From IMG/VR virus record IMGVR_UViG_3300025707_000004: DNA of 64,000 nucleotides, one strand, 5' to 3'. Source of the stretch: a virus. The notes under the pieces are model-generated. The model saw only the letters and a list, made by a program, of their open reading frames with translations, did not search any database and was not told where the DNA came from. This document shows, in pieces, positions 45,257 to 54,219 of the stretch; the first letter of the stretch is position 1, and every line of letters starts with the position of its first letter. Both the position numbers and the translations under genes were made by a program.

Positions 45257-47203
45257 ATGGAACTCTTTCAGATTGAGCGTGACACCAGGGTTGTTTTCGA
45301 GAAGGTCGCTGCTCAGTTCAAGCTGAGCGACAACCCGGCTACCCTCGAATCCGAGTTGCAAGCGCAGCTCTACAAGCAGCACCCGTACCTGGGGACCTAC
45401 AGCATCCAGCTGCAGATTGAGAACCAGGAGCAAAACCTGGGCTATCTGTACGGCATGTTCATGGTCAAGGCGGCAACGGACATCCCCGCCCCGAATACCG
45501 CGGCACAGGCGTCGTCCATCCACCCACAGTCGGAGCAGCCTGAGCCCGAGGACCCCTCGAAGGCGGTGCGGATTCCGGTCATCGTCCAAGAGAACAAGGC
45601 TCACGGGTTCGATGTGTTCATCGACCCCAACGGGCAGTTCTGGCCCTTGTCGGAGCAGCGGCTGGCTGCGCAGATGTTCGACGCCTCTCCGTTCGCGGTT
45701 GCCCCAGCGTCTGCGCTGAAGACCAACCAGATGCAGACAACTCAGGGCTTCACGGGCGGCAAGCCCGAGGGGGCCATGGGTGGCGGGTCGCGACTGGGGC
45801 AGGTCAAGCAGTCCAGCCCGAGCAGCCTGCTGGACCGGGTGACCATCAGCTCGGCGGCGGGCACGGACGTGCTCCTCAAGATGGCAGGGACCGAGGGGTT
45901 CCGGTCGGAGCTGACGCGGTCCCCCGCGCTGTCGCTGGCGGTTGGTCGCATCATCGAGAACATGCAGCCCGCCGAGATGGCCATGGAAGTGGCTCTCGAC
46001 GACGGTCCTGTCCTGCTGGAGAAGACCGATGGCGGTTACCGCGCTAAGACCGCCTCGGTCTCGCGCGATTTGACCAACGCTGAGGGTTCGCGGCTCTCGC
46101 CTGCCCTGCGCCAGCAGGTGATGTCTCAGGGGTTCACGGTTGTCGGCGGAGCCTCGGAGCCCCTCCCGGTTGTGGGGCATGTGGGCAAGACCAAGCTCGC
46201 CTTCGTCAATGGGACGTACAGCGCGATGCGTGAGGGCATCCCGGAGCTGGAGACCGTGCAGGTCTTCCGCAACGTGTTGCGCCTGGACGGCAACCCGTCC
46301 AGCAACGTCCTCGTCGTGGGTGGTGACACGGCCTCGATGCAGGAGAAGGTCGCGGGTGTCCTAGAGGGCCCGGTTACGCTGGAGGACATGAACTTCATCC
46401 CCGCCCAAGAAGCCAAGGGCGCGGGCGTGTTCTTCTTCCAGAAGCTGGCGGCCATCAGTGAGCCGGTCTCGGTCAGCTCCTACACGGTCGAAGGTCGTCC
46501 GCGGTACACGGTGGAGCACCCGTTCCACGGTGCGGTCGAGGCGGTGTTCACCAAGGTGGCCTCGCCTATCCTGCGTGATGGCGCCCTGTTCCTTCCCGAG
46601 GACACGTACTTCTGCAACAAGCGGCCCGCGCACGACGCCTTCGTAAGCGACGAGCGGGTGACCGACGCACACCAGAGTGCCGGTCGGATGGACAAACTGG
46701 CTTCAATCGAGGTCGACGGCTCGGATTACATCCTTCGTGGTGCTGTCGAGGGCCGGTCCAACCTCCAGGGTACGGTCTGGGCACTTGTGCGGGAGGGCGA
46801 CTCTCTCGCAGGAGCGTTGGAGAAGTGTGCTGCGAGCCACGCCGACCCCGTGCAGTTCTACCTGCCTACCCAGCTCACGGGCGCGGAGACAGCTCAGCCC
46901 GAGGCACTTGAGCACCGAGGCGTGTACCTCCTGAAGGAGGCCGCGGCGCTGGCGCAGGAGGCGGACCAGGACACCGTAGACTCTGTCTTGTCGCTCAGTT
47001 TCTTGACTCCGGAGAACACGCAGAGTTTTCTCGAAGCTCTCCCGGACCTTGAAACTTGTGTGACAAAGCTGGCAGAGTTGCTTATTGCGGTCAGGCTGGG
47101 ACTCAAGGACGTTCCTGAAGCGGCAGTCAGTTCTGCCCTTCGCGGCCTCGACCGGACGATTGACGGGCTGAAAGCGATGCAGTCCAGGTCGACGATGCGG
47201 TGA
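45257..47203 (+). CDS. Virion-associated hypothetical protein with many K-x-A motifs
   Basis: KVAA, KMAG, KTAS, KLAA, KVAS, KLAS, KCAA, KEAA. Confidence 0.6.
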   Translation: MELFQIERDTRVVFEKVAAQFKLSDNPATLESELQAQLYKQHPYLGTYSIQLQIENQEQNLGYLYGMFMVKAATDIPAPNTAAQASSIHPQSEQPEPEDPSKAVRIPVIVQENKAHGFDVFIDPNGQFWPLSEQRLAAQMFDASPFAVAPASALKTNQMQTTQGFTGGKPEGAMGGGSRLGQVKQSSPSSLLDRVTISSAAGTDVLLKMAGTEGFRSELTRSPALSLAVGRIIENMQPAEMAMEVALDDGPVLLEKTDGGYRAKTASVSRDLTNAEGSRLSPALRQQVMSQGFTVVGGASEPLPVVGHVGKTKLAFVNGTYSAMREGIPELETVQVFRNVLRLDGNPSSNVLVVGGDTASMQEKVAGVLEGPVTLEDMNFIPAQEAKGAGVFFFQKLAAISEPVSVSSYTVEGRPRYTVEHPFHGAVEAVFTKVASPILRDGALFLPEDTYFCNKRPAHDAFVSDERVTDAHQSAGRMDKLASIEVDGSDYILRGAVEGRSNLQGTVWALVREGDSLAGALEKCAASHADPVQFYLPTQLTGAETAQPEALEHRGVYLLKEAAALAQEADQDTVDSVLSLSFLTPENTQSFLEALPDLETCVTKLAELLIAVRLGLKDVPEAAVSSALRGLDRTIDGLKAMQSRSTMR

Positions 47204-47209
47204 GTCTGA

Positions 47210-48073
47210 ATGCGGGTTCCATACGAGCGGTGGCTGAAATGCCTTGTACAGTTCCAGGGCATGACCATTCAGGAAGCGATTCTCGTCGCTGACTCGTACG
47301 GTTTCATTCCACCGACCAACGAGACCCTCACCTTCGTCCGCTTGGAGCTTGCTCGCGGACGCCCAAAGCCCTTCAAGCCCGAGTCGACTGAGGCCATCCG
47401 CTGGATTCGCGATGCGGGCTTGTGGTCGATGCACGTCGAGACGGAGCACGTCACCGCAGCGCGCGGCATTCTGAGCCAGCTTCAGCTGCGCCGTGTCGTG
47501 GAGTTTCTATTAGTCGCTAATACTCCGCACAACGTGGTGTCGGAATATGCCCGTGACGTGTTGGGTGTCGCCATCGACGCTGCGGCCATCGCGGCTTACG
47601 AGCACTACTTCTGGGACGCCAACTCTCTGACCCAGCGGCAGTGGGTGGCGTACTTCAAGGGGGAGTTCCACCAGGAGCGTAAGGATCAGGCCGCCAACGG
47701 TGTCCGGGCGAAGGACATGACCGTCCCCATCATGTCGCTGCAGTCGAAGAAGCTGCTCGACACGATGCGTATGCGGAGCCCCGAGTACGCACTCTGGCAG
47801 CTGGGCCACCGCGTTGAGCTGGGACGGGACCAAGTCCTTGGCTCGATGTTCCATGAGGCAGCCATGAGGTTCACCGAGACCAGCTTGATGAGCAACTGCC
47901 TGCACACCGCGCAGACGGCCAAGCTCTGGACGGAAATCCTGATGAGTTCAGACGACCGTCTGGCGGGCACGGGGAACCAGACTCAGCAGCTACTGGAGGA
48001 GCTGCGAAGTATCCGTATTCGGACGCAGGAAGTTAAGGTATCTTCCATCGAAGAGTTGCGAGGAGACACCTGA
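47210..48073 (+). CDS. Hypothetical protein
   Basis: Operonic; codon bias. Confidence 0.6.
   Translation: MRVPYERWLKCLVQFQGMTIQEAILVADSYGFIPPTNETLTFVRLELARGRPKPFKPESTEAIRWIRDAGLWSMHVETEHVTAARGILSQLQLRRVVEFLLVANTPHNVVSEYARDVLGVAIDAAAIAAYEHYFWDANSLTQRQWVAYFKGEFHQERKDQAANGVRAKDMTVPIMSLQSKKLLDTMRMRSPEYALWQLGHRVELGRDQVLGSMFHEAAMRFTETSLMSNCLHTAQTAKLWTEILMSSDDRLAGTGNQTQQLLEELRSIRIRTQEVKVSSIEELRGDT
47508..47522. repeat. Palindrome copy 11, TATTAGTCGCTAATA
   Basis: Encodes LLVAN. Confidence 0.95.
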
Positions 48074-48462
48074 TGAGCGAAGAGCATAAAGAGATGGCAG
48101 AGGCGTTCGTGCAGGGCGTCGCAGTGTTCCAGCAGGCCACGTTCGAGGCTGTGCCGCAGTTCGTGCAGGCTGAGACCAAGCTCAACGGCCTGGACGCCGA
48201 GTACTGTGTCGGCAAGACGCGCCTGGAGTTTCACTTCTGGCCTACCGACGACGGAGTCAATCTCCCCGTTGGCGCCGCCGCTGTTGTCGCTGAGTTCGCC
48301 AGGAACCTGCCCCGCCCGGTGGTCGACCTCGCCAGTGGGGTGTGCAAGTCCCCGACCGACACGCTCGCCCGTGAGAGTATCTACATGGCGTTCGAGCCTG
48401 CACTCCCTCCCACTCCCCCCGCCGTAGAGCGTATCCTGAGCAAGCTAGCCGCTAAGCTCTAG
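48073..48462 (+). CDS. Hypothetical protein
   Basis: TGATG coupling; AGGAG RBS. Confidence 0.6.
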   Translation: MSEEHKEMAEAFVQGVAVFQQATFEAVPQFVQAETKLNGLDAEYCVGKTRLEFHFWPTDDGVNLPVGAAAVVAEFARNLPRPVVDLASGVCKSPTDTLARESIYMAFEPALPPTPPAVERILSKLAAKL

Positions 48463-48475
48463 GAGCCCCCGCTCG

Positions 48476-51400
48476 ATGCCCACCAGCAACGACAGCTACA
48501 GCAAGCAGTTGCTGGCGGTGGCCCCCATGTTCGCGGTCAAGACGCTGGCGGACATCCCCAAGGCCGCAGTTGAGTCTGCAGTCGAGGGCAAGCTCAGAGA
48601 CCGCTCGAAGAAGTTCAGCAAGCTACTCACGCACGGCTTCAAGGGCCGCGGCATAGGCCGGGCTCTTGGTGGGACGGCGGCCATTGCGTCCGCCCCGCTC
48701 TTCGTACGGGGGGTGCACCGGGCGTCGTCGAAGGAGAAGCATCGGAGGAACAAGGGGCTCCGAGACATTCTGGCGGCGAGCACGTTCACCGGAATCGCGA
48801 CAGGGGGTGTGGAAGGTTTTCGAGAGGCAAGACTGCACGGCCTTTCTCGTAAGGCTGCGGCGAAGGAGGGGCTAGGCTTCGGTGCGTCGAGGGCACTGGT
48901 CAAGTCTCCGAAAGCAATAGCCCTTGCCCTGGGCGTCGCCGCTGGAAGAAAGAAGAAGCGGAGCAGGGACAAGTACCTCGTGCCCGCCACAGTTGGTGCC
49001 GCCCTCGGTGGGGCATCTCGCTACGCGGAGCAAGTGCTACGGCACGCCCCCAAGGGGGTCAACCGGAAGCTGTTCAAGGCAGCGCTGCCCCGTGGCGCGG
49101 GCGGCGTTGTCGGAGGGGCCTTGGGCGGCCTGGGCTTGGCTGCTGTGACTGACCGCGCGCTCAAGGCGCTCGATAAGGGCAAGCAGAAGCGCGCCGCGGC
49201 TGGCGTCCTCAGCAAAGTCGCCTCCGCTGCGGCCGAAAAGCTTGGCCCAAAGCGTACCGCGGTGTTTATCCAGGGGAACCCTCGCTGGCGCACTGGGCAT
49301 GAGGCGCGCACGGCGACGTTCTACAAGAAGGTCGTCGGGCTGTTGGAGGGGGAAGGCTTCGAGGTGACAACGGACCCGGGGCTACCGTACACCTCCCCCA
49401 AAAAGGCCGACGTGTGGGTGGGGTACAGCCGGGGGGTTGACCGGCTTCGGTTCGCGCCGAAGGGCACTACGACCATTGCCTTGGGCAGCAATGTTGCAGG
49501 CGCTGTACGGCACCCCAAGGACAACACAGCCAACATGGTGGGCACTGCGAAGGGCGTGGCGCCCAACAAGTACCACTACGTGCTGACCCCTAGGATGGTG
49601 GGGCAGCTCAAGCGAAAGCTGACAGGGGTTGCAGGCCGGTCCGGTGGATGGGTTCAGGGGTACCGCAGAAAAGACGGCACTCGTGTGAAGGCACATCGAC
49701 GAAGGGTGGCCGTAAAGGGTATGGCGAAGGTAGCCGCGGCTGCGGCCGAGAACCTGGGCACACAGCACGGCACCGGCATCCCTGCGATGAAGTCGTGGTT
49801 CAAGCCGTACCCCCATCAAGCCTCGGCCGTACGGAAGATGTACGACAACCACGGCAAGATGATTTTGGCGCATGGGACCGGGACAGGAAAAACTGCCAGT
49901 GCCATCTACGGGTTCGAGAAGCTCCGCCACGACAAGAAGGCAAAGAAGGCCCTGGTCGTCGTTCCTTCGGGTCTTCGCATGAACTTCGCCGAGAACGGCA
50001 TCCAGAACTTCACGACGTCGTCCGTGCAGATTGTTGGCTCTGCGTCGGAGAAGAAGTACAGCTCGCTCGTCGTCCGTCCGAACGAGGTGGACGCCACCAA
50101 GGACTACACCATAGTCAGTTACGCGACCTTCCGCCGGGACCCTGAGAGGTACATGCAGGCGACGGGGTCGGACACACTCATCCTGGATGAGTTCCACAAG
50201 GCGCGGAATGAGAAGGCACTGACCTTCCAGGCGCTCATGAAGGCTCGGGCGTTCGCGGTCAACGTGATGGGGCTGACTGCGTCGCCCATCAACAACAACC
50301 CGCAAGAGCTGGCGACCCTGCTGACTATCACGGAGGGGAAGCGCCTCGTCAGCCCTGCCCAGTTCAAGGCGGCCTTCACGAAGACCATCGGCCACTCGAA
50401 GGGTTTCCAGGGCGGCACGAAGAAAGTCACCGACCTCGACAACATCCCGGAGATGCTGCGGCTCACCTATCCGCGGATGGACCTGATTACGTCGGAAGAC
50501 CTGAAGGGCAAGACCATGCCCAGGCAGGAACTCCAGACGGTCCAGGTACCCATGAGTGAGGACCAGTATGATCTGTACGAGCTGGCGCTCGACAAGCTCG
50601 GCCCGCTCAAGAAGTACCTGATGACGCGGGACAAGGAGGTCACCGTCCGCGAGGCGCAGCAGCTCTTCGGCAAGCTCATCCAGGCGCGGCAGATTGCCAA
50701 CTCGGTTCACACGGCTAAGTCCAACGTCAGCCCCAAGAAGTCGGCGGAGATTACGCCGAAGGTCAAGAAGCTCATCGAGGATGCGGAGAGCCACCTCCAG
50801 GCGGACTCCACGCACAAGGTTGTTCTGTACTCGAACTTGGTAAAGGGCGGAGTAGACGTGATGTCGGCTGGGCTAAAGGCCCGGGGCATCGACCACGCTC
50901 TGTTCGTTGGCAAGGGCCGGGACGTCGGCAACGTGAAGGTCACGGGTCCTGTGCGGCAACAGGGGGTCAAGGACTACAAGGCGGGGAAGAAGCGGGTCAT
51001 CATTCTGAGTGGTGCTGGTGCCGAGGGCCTCGACCTCAAGAACAGCACGGCGTTCTACTCGCTCGACGCTCACTTCAACCCGGAGGTTACTGCGCAGGCG
51101 GAGGCCCGTGCTCGCCGTCTCGGTGGGCAGGACTTCCGTAAGCCCGAGAACCGGGTAGTGGACGTGCGGCGTTACCAGTCGGTCGTGCCGGACAACAAGA
51201 AGCCTGGGTTCTTCGGCAAGCTGATTGGGCGTCAGGCCCCGCAGACCACTGACGAGTGGGTCAGCAGCGTGGCGGACAACAAGCTGCGGAAGACCAAGAC
51301 GTTCAAGAGGGTCATGCGTGAGCCGCACAAGTACATCAAGAAGTACCGTGCCGCGAACGGCAAGATGCGCTACGTCTACCCGAAGGGGGGCAAGGCCGCC

Positions 51401-51679
51401 CCGGCGAAGAAGCGGGCATGGTACGAGTTCTACAAGTCCGCGCCTGAGTACTCCCCTTCGCCGCGAGCCGAGAAGTTGCCTGCACTGCCCCAAGGGCCGA
51501 GCCAGCGCGCGATGGGCCTAAGCAAGCCGCGAAAGAAGAAGAAGTGGTACCAGTTCTGGAAGAAGCCGGAGTCTGTAGGGGGCGGGACTAAGCGTCCCCC
51601 GAAGCCGTCTGTGATACCGGGTGAGGCCGCCTCGGGGAACTTCCCCTCTGTCCAGCCCATCCCTTCCCCGCCGGCTTGA
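48476..51679 (+). CDS. Modular protein: basic Gly-zipper N-terminus, small alpha/beta domain, SNF2-like helicase
   Basis: HGTGTGKT, LDEFH, LTASPINN, AGAEGLDL and QAEARARR helicase motifs; middle domain FIQGN..GYSRG. Confidence 0.8.
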   Translation: MPTSNDSYSKQLLAVAPMFAVKTLADIPKAAVESAVEGKLRDRSKKFSKLLTHGFKGRGIGRALGGTAAIASAPLFVRGVHRASSKEKHRRNKGLRDILAASTFTGIATGGVEGFREARLHGLSRKAAAKEGLGFGASRALVKSPKAIALALGVAAGRKKKRSRDKYLVPATVGAALGGASRYAEQVLRHAPKGVNRKLFKAALPRGAGGVVGGALGGLGLAAVTDRALKALDKGKQKRAAAGVLSKVASAAAEKLGPKRTAVFIQGNPRWRTGHEARTATFYKKVVGLLEGEGFEVTTDPGLPYTSPKKADVWVGYSRGVDRLRFAPKGTTTIALGSNVAGAVRHPKDNTANMVGTAKGVAPNKYHYVLTPRMVGQLKRKLTGVAGRSGGWVQGYRRKDGTRVKAHRRRVAVKGMAKVAAAAAENLGTQHGTGIPAMKSWFKPYPHQASAVRKMYDNHGKMILAHGTGTGKTASAIYGFEKLRHDKKAKKALVVVPSGLRMNFAENGIQNFTTSSVQIVGSASEKKYSSLVVRPNEVDATKDYTIVSYATFRRDPERYMQATGSDTLILDEFHKARNEKALTFQALMKARAFAVNVMGLTASPINNNPQELATLLTITEGKRLVSPAQFKAAFTKTIGHSKGFQGGTKKVTDLDNIPEMLRLTYPRMDLITSEDLKGKTMPRQELQTVQVPMSEDQYDLYELALDKLGPLKKYLMTRDKEVTVREAQQLFGKLIQARQIANSVHTAKSNVSPKKSAEITPKVKKLIEDAESHLQADSTHKVVLYSNLVKGGVDVMSAGLKARGIDHALFVGKGRDVGNVKVTGPVRQQGVKDYKAGKKRVIILSGAGAEGLDLKNSTAFYSLDAHFNPEVTAQAEARARRLGGQDFRKPENRVVDVRRYQSVVPDNKKPGFFGKLIGRQAPQTTDEWVSSVADNKLRKTKTFKRVMREPHKYIKKYRAANGKMRYVYPKGGKAAPAKKRAWYEFYKSAPEYSPSPRAEKLPALPQGPSQRAMGLSKPRKKKKWYQFWKKPESVGGGTKRPPKPSVIPGEAASGNFPSVQPIPSPPA

Positions 51680-51694
51680 GGTAGAATCAGACGC

Positions 51695-53689
51695 ATGAAC
51701 ATCCGTGATGGCCAAGGAGTTTACCGCGCCTACAGCCTTTACAGGGCGTTTAAGGCTGCAGGTATCAAGGGGTTGGCTCAAACTCACTTCAAGCAGCGCC
51801 GTGTGGCCAAGCTGCGGAAGAAGAAGCGTCGTATGAAGACCAAGACAGGCGGAGCCAAGAAGTACCTGAAGGCGCAGCTCAAGGAGCTGGCTGGGTTCAA
51901 GAACATCCCCCGACGCGAAGAGGCAATCAAGGCATACCGCCGTTCAGCAGTTCGCCACGCGAACGTGGGGGTTGGCGGAACAAGTGCACTGAATGGCGCA
52001 TTGCTTGCCGCCGGTGCGCCGCACCTCGCCCCGTTCGCCGCAGCTCCCGTGCTCATGGGCGTCGGGGCAGCGCTGAAGCGCGGCAAGAAGATGCAGGCCG
52101 CGAAGAAAGAGTTGCTGGCCGCCAAGGCATACAACGCGAAGCACACAAAGAAGCTGAAGCGCCGCGCCGTCGTCGCTGGGGCGGGTCTGACAGGAGTTAC
52201 TGGTTTGAGCGCATATGCATACGCGAGGAGACGTCGGGGCAAGAAGAAGGAGGCCAACGCGGCCTTCAAAGCCCTCTCCTGGGCGTCCCGCATGACAGGC
52301 CGCGGTGCCAAGGCCGCCAAGAAGGCCAAGGGTGGGAAGGCCGCTGACGACATCATGGCCACCCGTGCTGAGATGAAGTCGAGTCGGGTCGCGCACAACA
52401 GCAAGCGGGACACGGTGCACGACTTCCCGGCTGTTCGAGGGAAGAAGGGTATCGACGAGGCTGTCCAGCGTGCTCAGCAGACCCCGTACAAGCTCCCGAA
52501 GGGTCGTGCCAACACGCCTGCTGGCGCGCTGAAGAACGAGCGCAACGAGATGGCCGCGCGAAGCGCCCGCTTCAAGTCGACTGGAGCCCGGGAGGCAGAG
52601 GCTGGTCGTGGCGCGGTGCGGGTCCCGCCGCCCGCAAGAGCGCCGAAGAAGGCACCGGAGCAGGTGGCGGCCCCCAAGCGTGGGGGTGACCCAACCCAGC
52701 GCACGATGAACATGAAGGCCGTTCGCATCCCGACTGACCCGACCAAGCAGACGATGAACATGCCCGCGTTGGGACGTCAGGCCCTCGACAGAGCCCGTGC
52801 TCAAGCGGCAGCCTCGGCACCCACTCGGACCAGCTCCCGGGCCAGCACCTCGGCCAGCCCCTCGGCGCGTCGTGGTAGCAACTGGACGGACGATGCGCCC
52901 ACTCCTACGCGGCCCACTGCTCGCGTTGTGCGGCGGCACCACAGCAGTGCTGCGGGTCGGCGGCGAGCGAAGATGCAGGTTGACGTGCACGGCCGTGTGA
53001 GCGCCGTGCCGCGGAAGAAGAAGATGCCCAGCGGTACGCGCTCGACGAGCAAGGAAACCCACATGGGCGGTGACTGGCGTGCGCCCGCGGCCCTCGGTGC
53101 GGCTGGCGTTGGCGCTCTCGGTGGCGGTGCTCTCATTGCTCGGCAGATTCTGAAGGCTCGTCGTCAGGCGAGGAACTACAAGAACCTCGCAATGGCTGGC
53201 GGTGGTGCTGGCGTTGCTGGGCTGCTGGCTGGCGCCGCGATGAACAAGACGGGCTCCGACCTTTCCAAGGAAGCCGCCCATGTCGTGAGCAAGGTCGTAA
53301 AGCGGATGAATGAGTCTGCCAGGGCGCGGGAAGTCCTGCGGATGGCGAACCGTTCCGAGAAGAGGGACCGCCTCCTTCACATCGGCCGGTACAAGGGACA
53401 GGCCCGGAGCCTGACGGAAGACTCGGTCAAGGACCGGAGCCGTGGGAAGAAGCTGCTGGCCCTCAGCGCGGCAGGCACGCTGGGTCTGGCGACCGGTGGT
53501 GCGGCCTTGGCTCCTGCCGCAGCGATAGCTGCGCTTGGCGGTGGTGGTGCGGCGCTGAAGCGGTATGCAGAAAGCGCGGGGAAGATGCGTAAGGCGAAGT
53601 CGTATGAGCGTGCACTGCGTCGAGGGAAGTTGAACTTCAAGAAGCCCTCTACGAAGGATATGCTGGTCGCCTATGCTCAGGCCGCCTAA
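51695..53689 (+). CDS. Very basic K/R/A-rich protein with several Gly-zipper hydrophobic segments
   Basis: Composition; internal repeat DPTQRTMNM/DPTKQTMNM; KEAN and KEAA linkers. Confidence 0.7.
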   Translation: MNIRDGQGVYRAYSLYRAFKAAGIKGLAQTHFKQRRVAKLRKKKRRMKTKTGGAKKYLKAQLKELAGFKNIPRREEAIKAYRRSAVRHANVGVGGTSALNGALLAAGAPHLAPFAAAPVLMGVGAALKRGKKMQAAKKELLAAKAYNAKHTKKLKRRAVVAGAGLTGVTGLSAYAYARRRRGKKKEANAAFKALSWASRMTGRGAKAAKKAKGGKAADDIMATRAEMKSSRVAHNSKRDTVHDFPAVRGKKGIDEAVQRAQQTPYKLPKGRANTPAGALKNERNEMAARSARFKSTGAREAEAGRGAVRVPPPARAPKKAPEQVAAPKRGGDPTQRTMNMKAVRIPTDPTKQTMNMPALGRQALDRARAQAAASAPTRTSSRASTSASPSARRGSNWTDDAPTPTRPTARVVRRHHSSAAGRRRAKMQVDVHGRVSAVPRKKKMPSGTRSTSKETHMGGDWRAPAALGAAGVGALGGGALIARQILKARRQARNYKNLAMAGGGAGVAGLLAGAAMNKTGSDLSKEAAHVVSKVVKRMNESARAREVLRMANRSEKRDRLLHIGRYKGQARSLTEDSVKDRSRGKKLLALSAAGTLGLATGGAALAPAAAIAALGGGGAALKRYAESAGKMRKAKSYERALRRGKLNFKKPSTKDMLVAYAQAA

Positions 53690-54011
53690 CCTACGCGTCT
53701 CCAATGAAGCCCGCCGTTGCGCGGACTGCCCTCAGTTCATCTTCAGAGCAGGCCGGTCGCATCGAGGCGATGGGGCCTGCTCAGGCTTCCCTCAGTGGTT
53801 CGTGCACGAGTCGTTCTTGTGTGATGACTTCTTCGAGATGGAGGGGACCGAGGACGCGGTCAATCAGGCGCAAAAAAGTCCACAGCGTCAGCGGCGCCGT
53901 CGTCCCCCTGCTCCTGCACCTCTACCGCCTGGGTCTCAAACGCCTCACCAACCTGCTCCAGCTTCAGTCGTGAGCCTGCGCGATTCCGCCGCGTATTTTG
54001 CTTCCTCTTGA
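53673..54011 (+). CDS. Small Cys-motif protein (CADC..C..CD); the 3' half overlaps an antisense ORF
   Basis: Four-Cys N-terminal domain; the tail is low-complexity. Confidence 0.4.
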   Translation: MLRPPNLRVSNEARRCADCPQFIFRAGRSHRGDGACSGFPQWFVHESFLCDDFFEMEGTEDAVNQAQKSPQRQRRRRPPAPAPLPPGSQTPHQPAPASVVSLRDSAAYFASS

Positions 54012-54219
54012 TGAGGCGCACTACCCCGTTCTTCTTCGCATAGACCGTGTAGTTCGGTAGGACTTCGCGAAGCGCGGCCTTGAAGCCCGCATTATTAGCG
54101 ACTAATAAAAGGGGGTCGACCTGTAGGACGAAGCCACCTTCGGTAGTCTCAATCTTGTGGACCAGCCCACTGAGGGCGCGATCCACGTGGGCAAGGTCAT
54201 CTGGTATTGTCGAGGACAT
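53860..54219 (-). CDS. Hypothetical protein, antisense island
   Basis: Palindrome copy 12 reads LLVANN in this frame, as it does in bona fide genes. Confidence 0.55.
   Translation of the reverse strand: MSSTIPDDLAHVDRALSGLVHKIETTEGGFVLQVDPLLLVANNAGFKAALREVLPNYTVYAKKNGVVRLIKRKQNTRRNRAGSRLKLEQVGEAFETQAVEVQEQGDDGAADAVDFFAPD
54093..54107. repeat. Palindrome copy 12, TATTAGCGACTAATA
   Basis: ~110 bp upstream of the terminase start. Confidence 0.95.
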
